DNA of 63,351 bases, the filler included, from Octopus bimaculoides (taxonomy: Eukaryota): the NCBI RefSeq assembly GCF_001194135.2. It is 4 parts of 4 records of this genome, joined end to end, with 100 filler letters (N's around TTAATTAATTAA, not from the genome) between each part and the next. Parts side by side here need not be neighbours in the genome. Positions count along the whole stretch, not along the records: positions 26,445 to 53,937 come from NC_068983.1; 3 more parts are not named here. One strand, 5' to 3'. Shown here in pieces: positions 27,366-41,112 of this stretch (positions are counted from its first letter, which is position 1; every line of letters begins with the position of its first letter). The position numbers were made by a program, and so were the translations under genes. Under the pieces are notes generated by a model. It was given only the letters and a program-made list of their open reading frames with translations, did not search any database and was not told the DNA's origin.

Positions 27366-27399
27366 TATATGCGTGACAGTGACACTTATTTACAACTAT

Positions 27400-27654
27400 T
27401 ATGCGTTGTCAAAACAAAGACACACAAACGCACCGTCCACACACTCGCATGTACACACGCGCGCGCGCACGCGAGCGTATGCACGCACATTTATATGTAT
27501 GACAGGTTTTTTTTTCAGTTTCTGTCTACCAAATCCACTCACAAGACTTTGATCGCGCCCAAGGTGCCACGCTGTAGAACTGAAATGACAACCATGAGAT
27601 TGAGAAACAAACTTCTTGCCACGCAACCACGTATGCACCTGAAATTCATCACGC

Positions 27655-27694
<40 letters not shown>

Positions 27695-27860
27695 GGACCC
27701 CTTCCCCCAAACAGTTTCAGCTCACCAAATTCACTTCCAAAGCACTGGTCGACTCGGATACATAACAGAAAATACTTGCGTAAGGTGTCTCGCAGTGGGA
27801 CTGAACCTGAAACCATTTAGTAGGAAAGCAAACTACTTAGCCACCCAGCCATGCCTGCAC
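27400..27860 (-). mobile_element. Two tandem tRNA-derived SINE 5' halves (family C) with internal (CA)n
   Basis: ACCAAATCCACTCACAAG..., CAAGGTG...GCAGTGGGACTGAACC, shared with 59075-59232. Confidence 0.75.
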
Positions 27861-28201
27861 CTTTGCAGAGGACTTCTACTTTATCGCTCCCAGCTTATTC
27901 TTCCCAGTTTAGGCATAACGATGATTGCACAACCAGGGCCATATCTAATAAAAGGTTCCAAGAGTTGACAAGATTCCAGAAGCATTGTGGGTAAAACAGG
28001 GATGGGGGAGACTCAAAAGGTGGTACCATCAATTGATGCTGGAATCATGAGACTGTTGATGTCCTACAGAACTGGAATGTGCTAGTCTCGTCTCTATATT
28101 CAAGAAAGATTACGGGAATGATTATGGGAAGATTTCTCTACTTGCTTTCGATATCTGGGAAGATTCTTGCAGACTAAATAACAGAATAACAGCAGCTTTA
28201 C

Positions 28202-28351
28202 GAAGAAGAAGAAGAAGAAGAAGAAGAAGAAGAAGAAGAAGAAGAAGAAGAAGAAGAAGAAGAAGAAGAAGAAGAAGAAGAAGAAGAAGAAGAAGAAGAA
28301 GAAGAAGAAGAAGAAGAAGAAGAACAACAACAACAACAACAACAACAACAA
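28202..28351. repeat. (GAA)n of about 120 bp followed by (CAA)n
   Basis: Read directly. Confidence 0.95.
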
Positions 28352-28599
28352 CTGTGAACAAGATGTTCTACCTCAAGTACATTCAGAAAAAATGTTTGGA
28401 ACAGAAAAACATATTATAAACCATTCGGGCCTGTGGTAGGCACTCAAAAGCTTTAGATGTCCAGAAAAGTTTACTCTTGTGATTGAGTCCCTGCATTCTG
28501 ACACAAGGATTAAGGTCAGGCAGGTGGGATGTAGCTGAGTACGGTTGGCGTGCTAAAAAGTTGTACTTTTGAGGCTACGTAACTGAGGTTTGACCTTGA

Positions 28600-29390
28600 T
28601 CGCTCTAGTTTTCTTTCTTGTGTAACAGATTAAAAATGGCCGCTCCACTGCCAGTATGCACCAAGTAAAAACAGTGATCACTAATCCGAATTCTCTGGTC
28701 TGAAGGCGTGTCAGGGACTGACACACATTCAGACCAGAGAAATATACGAAGAATGCAAAGGCATTCAAATCGATCGTTGCAATAAATTTTTCAGTATCCA
28801 AGAAGCAGAGAATGGAGTGAATACACCCGGAATTGCCTGCGAAAAAGAAATTCAAGACCATCCCCAACAAAAGTGATACTGTTTTGTGAGGATGCAAAAG
28901 GGCCTATACTGGAAAATTACCTAGAAAAGGATCTACAGTCACAAGTGTAGGTAAAGTGAAATGCTGGCCAACAAATTGAAACTAGCAATTCATATCAAAT
29001 GCCGAGGGTAATTGTTGCACGACAATGCACTCCCACATACGGCAGCCCAGATCGTTGAAACCATTGAAAAACTGGGCTTCGAGTTGCTGGAACACTCTGC
29101 ATAGTGTTAAGATCTCACCGCTTCCGACTATCAACTCTTTGGAGAGCTTAAACATCCTTTATGAGGTCGTCGATTTGCCATGGACGAAGAAGCGCAGGAA
29201 GCAGTGCAGGAAGCAGTGCAGGAAGCCGAAAACCTTCTGCGATGGAATAAGCAAACTTGTGAACCGCCGAAAGAAGTGCATCGAAAAGTAAGAAGACTAT
29301 GTCAAAAAATGATTCAATTGTTCAATCCCTGCTTTTGTTTTAATAAATTTCAGAAACAAGGGTGCGTATAATTTTTGACCTAACTTCTAT
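28600..29390 (+). mobile_element. Mariner transposon remnant with internal deletion
   Basis: MAAPLPVCTK...LWSEGVSG; LLHDNALPHTA; DL.ASDYQLFGELK; GRRF.MDEE; DGISKLV.R.KKCIEK; right TIR-like GTGCGTATAATTTTTGACCTAACTTC-TA at 29361-29388. Confidence 0.9.
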
Positions 29391-30277
29391 ATAAAAAGAA
29401 AGAAAGAAAGAGAGAGAGAAAGAAAGAGGGGAATATAGCTAGCTAGCTAAATAAGATAGAAAAAAACCCCGCAAAGTATTCATTCCTACACTCTAACGAT
29501 TCAACCAGCTTACCACCTTCCATAGAGTTAATAACAATACAAATAAAAAAAAGAAAGAAATGATAATAAATAATGATAACCGTAATTTCTGGAGAAAGCG
29601 AATTATTACTATCTCACCCCATCAGAATGCAATCAGTTTAACTGGTGTTATATTGACTGACAAATTTTATTTATTTATTTGTTTGTTTGCTTGTTTGTTT
29701 ATTTATACGTTTCGATTTTGTTTCCGGAGAAATCTTTAGCAGCGACGACTACGAGAAAATCTATGGAGGACAATTAGATAATGAATTGCTCAGATTTTTC
29801 TATAATTGTCAATATTTGGACTTTAAACTCCTTCTAATCATATACACGAAATTCTTGTATTTACTATTATCATCAGTAAGGTAATGGCGGTTGATAGCAG
29901 AATCATTTAGACGGGGAAGCGCGCGTGCGTGTGTGCGTGCGTGTGGGGGGGTGCATGTGTGTGTGTAAGTGGTGTGTGTGTGTGAGTGGTGTGTGTGTGA
30001 GTGTGGGTGTGTGTGGGAGTGTGGGTGTGTGTGTATACGATCATGCCACGATGTATTTTGTGGGTTTGTGTGTCAGTGTGAATAGCTCTGAGTGTGTGTA
30101 TGTGTACGCGCGCGCGCGCGTCGGAGTGATGATGGCTTACAGATGCGATTGTGGATGTCTTTGCGTATACAGCTAAAACTTCTTTGATTGGAAGATGTGC
30201 TCGTCCAGGGCCGACCTGGAGCTTAACAACGACTACAAAACTGATGACGATGACAACAACAACACGATATTGAAAAC

Positions 30278-30340
<63 letters not shown>

Positions 30341-30789
30341 TGCAAAGGGCGTTTAAATCGATCACTGCATTAAATTCTTCAAGAGAGAGACTCCTCATAC
30401 CGATTTATCATAGATGCAGCGTTTTAAATTACTTTCTATTTTTAATCTGTCTGGCATATTTCTATTATTTTTTTTTTCCCCTCTTCTCACCGAACTAATA
30501 GAGATATTAACATTGAATTTCTGAGAAATAGATTGAAGAATATATTGTGCGACAATAACGAAATCAATGGGTATTGATCTGCTACGGAGCTGTGATGTAC
30601 CACTTCCAGTACGGCAGATTTACAATATGAAAATTGGCACCAGAATTGTTGTTGTTATTGTTGTTGTTGATGATGTGTAGATTGAGACCAGCATTAATCA
30701 AAAAGATCTATAATCGATGATGTTCAAGCCGTGACTAGCTCGGCACTTTTTCACTTAGTTACATTTTCCAATCTGTTCTTCTTAAGACA

Positions 30790-33050
30790 ATACCGACCCC
30801 CAAAGTGTGCCTGGTACTCATTCGTATCATAAAGGGAGAAAGATGAAGTCGACCCGGGGATAAAGGGATATAATTGCTGTAGAAAGAGACTATCACAGAC
30901 TATTTTTGTTGGACGCACGTTTTTCATCCTACGCGGCATACTCTTGTCTGTTACTGTACTTAAGCGATGCTTTTCATCAGCATCATTCAAGTAGTAGACA
31001 GCCGCACTCCTCCTCTACCCATAGCAGCTTTTATAATTAATTATGGTCCTTTTTCGGATGGTTAGTCCTAGCCTTCAGCGGGATTTGATTTGAATCCCTT
31101 GGATTCAACGCAAAGAGTTGGAACAGACACTGCGAAACATCTCAACCAACGGTCTCATTATGCACCAATCTAACGTCCCTGGAAAAGTACACTGTTTATT
31201 GAACGCGAAAATAGGAAAGTACAAGTTGACCTCGACGGGATTTGAACTCAGAGTACAAAGACTTGGAACTTCTTTACCAATACACACAGTTTCTGTCTCC
31301 CACCACCTACTCACAAAAGGAAAAAAAAGACACTTATCGAAAGTGCAGGGCAGTTGAAATCGAACTAGAAAACTCAGTGGCTTGTGGTTGCAAAGTGAAC
31401 TTCTTCCTTAACCATGCAGCTATTTCTGCGTCGTCTTATAGTTGTTTTTTAATATGGTAGGTACAGGAAAGGCGACGAGCAAGCAGAATCGTCGGCACGC
31501 CGAGTAAAACTCTTAGCGGCATTTCCTCTGTTCGTATGTTCTGAGCTCAAATTCCGCAGTGATCGACTTTGGCTCTCATCCTTTCGGGGTCGATAAAATA
31601 AGTACCAGTTGATCATTGGAGTCGATTGTATCGACTCCCCTCTTTCCCCTAAATTACTGGCCTTGTGCCAAAATTTGTAACCAATGTAGTAGGTACAGGG
31701 AAGGCGGCCAGCTGGTAGAATCGTTAGCAAAACGCTTAGCGCCATCTTGTCCGTCTTTACATTCTGAGTTCAAACACCGCCGGTGTCGACTTTACTTTCC
31801 TATCATCCTTTCGGGTTGAGTACTGAGATCGATTTAATCGACTAATGCTCTCCCCCAAAATTGCTGGCCTTGTGCAAAACTTGAAGCTTCTAATAGTATT
31901 CTTTTCTACTCTAGGTACAAGGCCCGAAATTTTGGGGGAGGTGCCAGGCGATTAGATCGACCCCAGTACGCAATTGGTGCTTAATTTATTGACCCCGGTA
32001 AGGCAAAGTCGATCTCGGCGGAATTTGAACTCAGAACGTAAAGACAGACGAAATATTGCTAAGCATTTTGCCCGGCATGCTAATGTTTCTGCCAGCTCGC
32101 CGCCTTTGACGCCTCTTATAATAGGCACAGAACCTTGCGAGTTGAGTGTTAGCCGATTGAATTCACGCTAGCATTTGTCGTGTACTGCTTTTCATCGTCC
32201 CCGAAATGGGCATAAGGCCAACAATTTTAAAGGAAACAGGTTAGTGGATTACCAATATTTGACTGTTACTTTATCATATCGACCTTGCGAGGGTAAATTA
32301 GAAAGCTGACCACCGCGAGATTTGAAGTCAGAACGTAACGAGCCGTAAGACATGCTTGCTTGGTATTTTGCCCAACGCTCTAACGATTCTGCCAACTCAG
32401 TGTTTGTGTCTATTTCCTGATACACACTACTTACTCAGCCTGCAGTCTGTTAGCGAGACAGGTTTCCTTCTTTTTCTTTCTTTCTTCCTTTTTTTTTTTT
32501 AGAATAGCTTTAGATTACTTGCAAATCTAATTAACGAATGTCTTATTGCGCTAATTGCATGGTGGTAAAAGAAAACAAACAAATAAACAAAAAGCAAGTA
32601 AGCAAAAAAAAAAAACCCCACCAAATAAGGCAACCATTCGGAGCAAGCAACTAGTATTAGTATGGACGAAGGCGAAGTGATTTGTTACAGTTGAGTATAA
32701 CAATATATCGGACTATAATGGCTATTAAGCCTATTAGAACGGCCATCAATCATGAAGACTTAATCAGTCATTCTATGCATATAATCACAGATATGTTTAT
32801 GCTTTTTAATGTCTCCGCTTTGCAAACCGTCATTTCTTTTCAATGAAAAAGATAAAAACAGAATTCATTCAATTAATAATAAATTCTCCTTTACTGGCTT
32901 CTTCTTCTTCTTCTTCTTCTTCTTCTTCTTCTTCTTCTTCTTCTTCTTCTTCTTCTTCTTCTTCTATCTTCTCGATCACAGTGTATTTCTCCAACTCTTC
33001 CTTTCTGTTCCTCATCTTCTCTTTTCGTCTTCCCATTGTGGATGTCATTT

Positions 33051-33081
<31 letters not shown>

Positions 33082-33583
33082 CAGCAGCAGTAGNNNNNNN
33101 NNNNNNNNNNNNNNNNNNNNNNNNNNNNNNNNNNNNNNNNNNNNNNNNNNNNNNNNNNNNNNNNNNNNNNNNNNNNNNNNNNNNNNNNNNNNNNNNNNNN
33201 NNNNNNNNNNNNNNNNNNNNNNNNNNNNNNNNNNNNNNNNNNNNNNNNNNNNNNNNNNNNNNNNNNNNNNNNNNNNNNNNNNNNNNNNNNNNNNNNNNNN
33301 NNNNNNNNNNNNNNNNNNNNNNNNNNNNNNNNNNNNNNNNNNNNNNNNNNNNNNNNNNNNNNNNNNNNNNNNNNNNNNNNNNNNNNNNNNNNNNNNNNNN
33401 NNNNNNNNNNNNNNNNNNNNNNNNNNNNNNNNNNNNNNNNNNNNNNNNNNNNNNNNNNNNNNNNNNNNNNNNNNNNNNNNNNNNNNNNNNNNNNNNNNNN
33501 NNNNNNNNNNNNNNNNNNNNNNNNNNNNNNNNNNNNNNNNNNNNNNNNNNNNNNNNNNNNNNNNNNNNNNNNNNNNNNNNNNN

Positions 33584-33620
<37 letters not shown>

Positions 33621-33710
33621 CAGCAGCAGTTGCTTCATTTTAAATATTGTTAGATAACCTGGATTCATTGCCTTGTGATAGTATATGGTCTCTTTCATTC
33701 ATTCATTCTT

Positions 33711-33758
<48 letters not shown>

Positions 33759-35083
33759 AATTTTGGCATAAGGCCAGCAATTTAGTGAGAGGGACTCAGT
33801 CTACATATCGACCCCAGTACTTAACTGGTACTTATTTTATCAACACTGAAAGGATGAAAAGCAAAGTGGCTTCGGCGGAATTTTAACTCAGAACGTAAAT
33901 ACTTATTTCTTTATTGCCCACCAAGAGGCTAAACATGGAGGGCACAAACAAGGACAGACAAAGGGATTAAGTCCATTACATCGACCCAGTGTGTAACTGG
34001 TACTTAACTTATCGACCCCGAAAGGATGAAAGGCAAAGTTGACCTCGGCGGAATTTGAACTCAGAACATAACGGCAGACGAAATACCGCTAAGCATTTCG
34101 CCCAGCGTGCTAACCTTTCTGCCAGCTCACCGCCTTGCATTCAGCTCGCCGCTTGCATCGACGGATGAAATACTTTCAATCGTTCTACCCTGCGTGTTAA
34201 CGATTCTACCAGCTTACCGTTTTCGATGCCATATAATAAGAACAATAATAATAATCCTTTCTACTAAAGGCACAAGGCCTGAAATGTGGGGAGGGTACTA
34301 GTCGATTACATCGACCCTAGTATGCAACTGGTACTTAATTTATCGATCCTGAAAGGATGAAAGGTAAAGTCGACCTCTGCGGAATTTGGTCTCAGAACAT
34401 AGCGACGGACGAAATACCGCTAAGCATTTCGTCTAGGATGCTAACGATTTTGCTAGCTCGAAGCCTTAAGAACAATAATGGTTTCGAACTTAGACCCAAG
34501 GCCAGTAATTTTGAGGAGAGGACGTCAGACGATATCATCGACACCAGTACTGACAAGATTAATAAATCGTTTTAATTGATTTTAGAGGAATGAAAGGCAA
34601 AGTCGAACTCAGCGGAATTTGAACTCAGAAAGTAAAGACGGAAGAAATGTCGCTATGCACTTTGTCAGGCGCGCTAGCGACTCTGCCAGCTCGCCACCTT
34701 ACTACTACTACTACTACTACTACTACTNNNNNNNNNNNNNNNNNNNNNNNNNNNNNNNNNNNNNNNNNNNNNNNNNNNNNNNNNNNNNNNNNNNNNNNNN
34801 NNNNNNNNNNNNNNNNNNNNNNNNNNNNNNNNNNNNNNNNNNNNNNNNNNNNNNNNNNNNNNNNNNNNNNNNNNNNNNNNNNNNNNNNNNNNNNNNNNNN
34901 NNNNNNNNNNNNNNNNNNNNNNNNNNNNNNNNNNNNNNNNNNNNNNNNNNNNNNNNNNNNNNNNNNNNNNNNNNNNNNNNNNNNNNNNNNNNNNNNNNNN
35001 NNNNNNNNNNNNNNNNNNNNNNNNNNNNNNNNNGCAGAATTTGAAATCAGAAAGTAAAGAGCCGGGTGAAAAGCTCGGTGCCT

Positions 35084-35153
<70 letters not shown>

Positions 35154-35305
35154 TTCTTGTCTATTATAGGCACAAGGCCTGAAATTTAGCGGGAGGGATT
35201 AAGTCGATTACATCGACCCCAGTACGCAACTCTTACTTAATTTATTGACTCCGAAAGGATGAAAGGCAAAGTCGACCTCGGCGGAATTTGAACTCAGAAC
35301 GTAGA
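30790..35305. mobile_element. Dense cluster of about 12 or more family-A SINE copies and fragments
   Basis: + copies at about 31470-31680 and 31701-31885; - copies at about 31903-32107, 32205-32400, 33760-33900, 33905-34136, 34255-34470, 34480-34700 and 35150-35305; fragments at 30800, 31190, 34140 and 35034. Confidence 0.85.
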
Positions 35306-35536
35306 AACTAACTGGTACGTCACACGTATTGAGAAGAGCATTTTCTTTACTTCTTTATTTGTTATTCCTTTTCCTTTTTCTCTCTGTCTTCCCATTTTTC
35401 TTTATTACATGACTTTATAAATGAACAATCTAGTGTATTTGTTTTAATGGCCTACCAATGTGTACAGTACGTTTCTCTGCCCTAGGTGTCAGGAAGACAC
35501 TCGGCAAGAAATGGAAACAGTATCGAAAGAAAATGC

Positions 35537-35581
<45 letters not shown>

Positions 35582-35586
<5 letters not shown>

Positions 35587-35990
35587 GCCCTAATGCAGTA
35601 CGAGACAGTGGCTCTCATGGCTTCCATTCTTAACTGATTGGAAGTGTTATCATGTACATTGTTTTGTCTTGGTATAAAAGATGGGCTACAGCAAATATTC
35701 TGTTCAATACCACAGATTTGCTTGTCAATTGTTTGACCTTAACCAGTTGAGCATGTCCCTTAGTGGCAGACGATATGTGCATCTCTGATCGCGAGCAGAA
35801 GTAGTGGGGGAGCATCATAGCCATGTGTTGAGAGGAATTCTTTGGGGTTGGATAATTCAACTTTGGAAACATGGGTGTTTCGTTCAACATCTTTAAACAA
35901 CTCTTATTCAGAGACCTTTTGAGCAGGATGGGCTACTCGACCCGAAGAAAATTTTAAATGGGCCCCACATGCAAGGTTATACGCTGTTTA
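35582..35990. mobile_element. Unclassified dispersed repeat (family D) abutting (AAT)n
   Basis: Colinear with 22500-22890; begins immediately after the (AAT)n array at 35537-35584. Confidence 0.8.
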
Positions 35991-35997
35991 CCTTGTC

Positions 35998-36140
35998 GCT
36001 TAGGGACAGCGAGAATTATCGGGAGGGTTCTAAGCACTTGAAAGACTGCTGAAGACTTGTAGATACCTAAGGCTTCAGGTAGTAACCCACTACCCACATA
36101 ATTCATACCAGGAACAAGACCGAACCTGAGCCAAACCAAA
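35998..36140 (+). mobile_element. R4/Dong-type LINE extreme 3' end (ORF end plus UTR)
   Basis: GTARIIGRVLST* then AAGAC...GATACCTAAGG; the same end as 22425-22495. Confidence 0.7.
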
Positions 36141-36159
36141 ATATACATAATAATAGCTG

Positions 36160-36430
36160 AGGGAGGAAATATAACAATTCTTTCGGACTTTCCGGTACAT
36201 TCAGACAGAACCATCAAAGTTAATAAACCGAATACTGCTGTGAAAAACCATGAGTATTCCTTGTGGTCATAATATCTCGGCAAAAGAATTTGACAAGCTC
36301 AGAAGATATAAAAATGTACTCATTGAAACAAAAAAATTGTGGCATTCCAAAGCAGTTACAATACCAGTGATTGTAAGAGCAGTTAGAATGATCAAAGAAT
36401 GGAAATGAAAGTTATTTGAGAATGATGGCT
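36160..36430 (+). mobile_element. R4/Dong-type endonuclease fragment (different subfamily)
   Basis: ITILSDFPVHSDRTIKVNKP...MSIPCGHNISAKEFDKLRRYK...LWHSKAVTIPVIV. Confidence 0.8.
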
Positions 36431-37112
36431 GGTTTATTTTTGTTTCTTTACAATTTCGTTGTGTCTGTATTTTCCTTCAGGCAGTTTTAGACAGTTAATT
36501 AGCGCTTTCAAGCAAGTAGAGTTATGTCGGTTACTCAAAAGTACAAAACAATTCCTAACCCGTAACCGAAACTTATGACCTTCGTGTCGATTGGCTGACA
36601 CTATTTGCAATTTCGGACAATAGAAGAAATTTAAATAAACAAATATAAACATATAGAAAGAAAGAAAGAAAATAGATCACTGGATTCATAATTTAACCTG
36701 CTCGTTGTATAAGAAGGAGCATTTACTGTGATCTGGCAATAATATATGAACTTTAGAAAAATAGAGATTTCTGACAAATTTACTCTCGTCCCCTCTCTAT
36801 ATAATACATTTCAAGGACTCCAAGGAATTTGCAGATCCCAGATTGTGAAGCGTTGTGATTGGAAACAGAGTAACGAGATCAATATTAAGATTAAATTATA
36901 TGCTTGGTGCCAGGAAAGTTTCGCTTTCAGCGCTCAAGGGAGATAAAGTAATTAATATAATGGAATGCTGTGTTAGGCTTGTAGAAAGAAAGTCCCAGTG
37001 AACTGGTCGTGTCCTGTCAGAATGGCTGGACAACCAGGTCTTTGAGTCCGGTAGAAGCAGGTTGAAAAATGGGTTTTCATGTTTAGAGAAGAGAAAGCAA
37101 TATAGACAAAAG

Positions 37113-37154
<42 letters not shown>

Positions 37155-37304
37155 TTAATGGTTGGTACTTTGGAGTTCATAATGTGATGGTATTGCACTG
37201 TCTTATGTAGGAGCGTCTTCAGTTCTTGCTCTCTTTTGTTTTGTCTTTGTATCTTCGATGTCTGCTGCAAGTAGCGATGCACCTCATGGCATCATGCTGC
37301 AATA

Positions 37305-37517
37305 ATTCTTGCTCTGCATAACTTCCCTGAATTTTGGGAGAAGGGACAAGTCGATTAAAACGACCCCAGTGTTTCACTGGAACTTAATTTATCGACCCTG
37401 AAAAGATTAAAGGCAAAGTCGACCTCGGCGGAATTTGAACTCAGAACGTAGCGACGGGCGAAATACCGCTAAGCATTTCGTCCAACGTGCTAACGATTCT
37501 GCCAGCTCGCCGCCTTT
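37305..37517 (-). mobile_element. Family-A SINE
   Basis: Well-preserved GCAAAGTCGACCTCGGCGGAATTTGAACTCAGAACGTAGC...GCCAGCTCGCCGCCTT. Confidence 0.9.
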
Positions 37518-37767
37518 GTCCCACCTTAAGAATAGTCATGACGTTTGGTCTATTTGGTTTCATATTTGAATGCCTAAAGTATTACACACACACACATACA
37601 CACACACACACACACACACGCACACACACACACGCACGCACACGCACACACACACACACGCACGCACACGCACACACACACACAGAGATAGATGGAATAG
37701 ATGGATAAGTGTAGATATAATTTAACAACCCTCACATTAACACATAAACGCATATACATATATGTAT

Positions 37768-37801
<34 letters not shown>

Positions 37802-39049
37802 CTGTTCATGTATACGCATATATGCATGTACGCATGCAGCATATTTGAACGAATAAGTGTTTGTCAAACGGATTTGGGAGCAGACGGACGGACATACAGC
37901 CTGAAAAGTGAGATAGATAAATAGACAGATAAAAAAAAAATTTTTTAACGAAAGAATAAGGTAGGACAGACTGACAGACAGGCAAACAGACAGGCAGGCA
38001 GACAGGCAAGCAAGTTAGCTGATCGGTAATGTGCAAAATTATTTTCGCTGTATGATATTTTCTTGTGAAGCTATGGAAAACATCAAACACCAACAAATGC
38101 TTTTGGAAAATGAGAGGAGAAAATGGCTGAAAATGATGGAACGACACATATTAGCAATTGCCGGAAGGAAGGCTGTATAGGAGAGAAGAGGAAAACGAAA
38201 GGCAAGCAGTCAATAAAAAGAAAATGGAAGAAGGAGAATAGATAATCGAGGAAATAAACAGCAAGAATTGCTCGGAATCGGAATCAGGGAAATGAAGTGA
38301 AGAGATAAGTTAATAAAAGACCAGAGAAGCTCTATACGAACTAATTGCCATCTTTAAATAAATCCAATTTAGTGAATAATAAAGTAGTTTGCCACAGGAG
38401 TCGTAACAAATCATGTTCTATTGAGGCTCCTTTGTGGTGTACGTGTGTGTGTGTGTGTGTGTGTGTGTGGAGAGGATATGTGTATGGATGTGTGTGGGTG
38501 GATATGCGAGGGAGTGTGTGTGTGTGTGAATCTCTGTACATGGGTGGTTGTGTATGTTTGTGCATGCACGTGTGTTTTCATATGTGCATGTGTATATCTC
38601 TGTATGCGCGTTGTGTATTCATATGTGTGTATGTGTATATATATGTGTGTGTATGTATGTATGCATGTATGTACACACACACACATATAGAATATTTTTG
38701 CACGTGCAACAATGTGTGTTTGTGCGCATGCTCATTGTCATTTACACGTGTGTATCTGTGTGTGTATGTGCGTGTGTGTGCATGTGTGTGTATAAGAGTG
38801 CCTGCGTATGTCTGGGCTTATAGGTACGCAAAACTGACTATAGATGCAAGCGCGGCCAAATGGTTAAGAATTTCAATTCGCTTCGCTGTCATGAGGTCGT
38901 GAGATCGATTCCACTACATAACACCTTCGGGTACTCAGTCTTTGTCACAGACTGTGTCACACTGATAATGCTTTCGAATTTCGTCAAAGGTATACATCTC
39001 CATGAAATACTCAATCATTTTCATTATGTAACTCAATCGAACAATATGA

Positions 39050-39450
39050 AGTACTATTTGTTAAAACCGACGGAAATCCAATTACTTATGCATAACTGTG
39101 GTGTGGGATTTGGTACAATCAAGTAATTGGATCATTTTATTTTGAGGGCTCTGTAACAGGTGATTCGTATCTGGACATGCTTGGCAACAAGATGATGCTT
39201 CCCGTACATTCACTTGGAAGAGGAAATCCTGTCTAGTTTCAACAGGATGGGACTCCGCCCCATTATGCATTACAGGTTCGTAATTTTCTGAATGAACATT
39301 TTCCAGAGAAATGGCTCGGGCATCGTGGGCCAATTGAATATTTAGAGCTACATGGCCAACACTTTGAACATTTGTAATGAATTACCTACTTTATTGCTAA
39401 TAAGGCATATTTGATATCTCCCATGGTGCGTGACTTTGTGGTCACCCTAC

Positions 39451-39454
<4 letters not shown>
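39050..39454 (+). mobile_element. Tc1/mariner (maT-like) transposase remnant with right TIR, next to (TA)n
   Basis: WCGIWYNQVIGSFYFEGSVTGDSYLDML...FQQDGTPPHYALQVRNFLNEHFPEKWLGHRGPIE...GQHFEHL*; terminus GACTTTGTGGTCACCCTACG-TA. Confidence 0.85.
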
Positions 39455-39543
<89 letters not shown>

Positions 39544-39579
39544 CATACATACATACATACATACAGTATATATATGCAC

Positions 39580-39745
39580 TTACGACGGTCTTCTTTCGGT
39601 TTCCATCTAACAAATCTACTCACGAGGCTTTGGTCGTCCCGGGGCTATAGTAGAAGACATTCATTTACGCAAGGTACTACACACCAGAACTGAACCAGGA
39701 ACCATGTGGTTGAGAAACAAGTTTCTTACTAGACAGTCTCGCGTA
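39580..39745 (-). mobile_element. Family-C SINE 5' half
   Basis: CCATCTAACAAATCTACTCACGAGGCTTTGGTC...GGCTATAGTAGAAGACA...ACTGAACC. Confidence 0.8.
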
Positions 39746-41037
39746 TGCCTATGTTTGTCTATGTGTATGTATAAAATTCTAAATGTGTATATAGGCTCTC
39801 ATTCGATATACACCAGTGTATACGTGTGGATTAAAATGTATGCATATGTGTACTTCTGAATATACCACTAAGTATGGATGATCATCCCACTTTGTATGAG
39901 CATCACCGTGTAAGCACGTATTTACACGCAAATGTATGTCTATGTATGTATGGATGTATAAATATATATTGATACGTGTTTCCACACGTATATGTGAGTG
40001 TACTTCAGTTATATTCTTTTTTAATATTAATGTGTATGTATGTATGTATGTATGTATGTATGTATGTATGAGGTTTGTACGTGTTTATGCATAGTGTATG
40101 CCTTGCATTGGTTATCGTACGTATGTTTTGTCTGCGCATGAGTATGTGCTTGTGTATGTTCGCCTGTGTAATGTGTATGTATGTCTGTATGTGTATGAGT
40201 GTGTATATGCGTGCGTGTGTAGTTAACCGAATCAAAAGATTGCAATCGGATGAAATTGCAGTTCTACTTGATCCGCTGCAGGCATTTAACAGCTCATATT
40301 TGTATGAATTAACAGTGAAAGGTCGGCACTGTTGTTTGGCGTTTTATTCTCTCTCTTTTTTGTTTTTGTTGTTGTTGCTGTTGTTGCTGTTTTGCTTGTT
40401 GTTGTCGTTGTTCTTGTTGTTTCCTTCCTTTCTTTCCACCCACCGATTGCTACAAACATCACTTTTCTAGTGAAACGCTTAGTTGAATTGATGCTGAGAG
40501 ATAGAGTAGTGTTAGAAATACAGAACAAATACAGAGATATAAAGAGATAAAGAGATGTAAAGCTATAGAGATATAAAGATATAGAGATGGATATAAATAT
40601 AAATATAAACAGAGGGAGTGAAAGAAAGAGAGCTAGTCTTTATTGCAGCGATGCTGAACTATATATCGAGCATCTATCTATTCATTATCACTTATCACCA
40701 ACATTGGACATAAAGATATTAGAATAATTGAATAGTTAAATTCGATTAGGCTTTTACATAAAGACCGTGCGCCTGTGACGTAGCATTTCATCAACACGAA
40801 TCAACACAACCAATCATCATCCAGAGATTAAACCTGCATTTTTAGATGAAAAAGATCGCAATTTGCTAATTTAATTTTCAATTTGGTCGCCATTACTCGT
40901 TCGCATTGAACAGTGTAGAAGCGGTGGCTCTAAAGTCTTATTAGTATTCAGCGAAAAACGACAAGAAACGCTTCAGCTAGATTAAGCTATTAGCATAAGA
41001 ATACGTAAAGACGACGGTGAAGGAACGAAGGAAGGAT

Positions 41038-41112
<75 letters not shown>

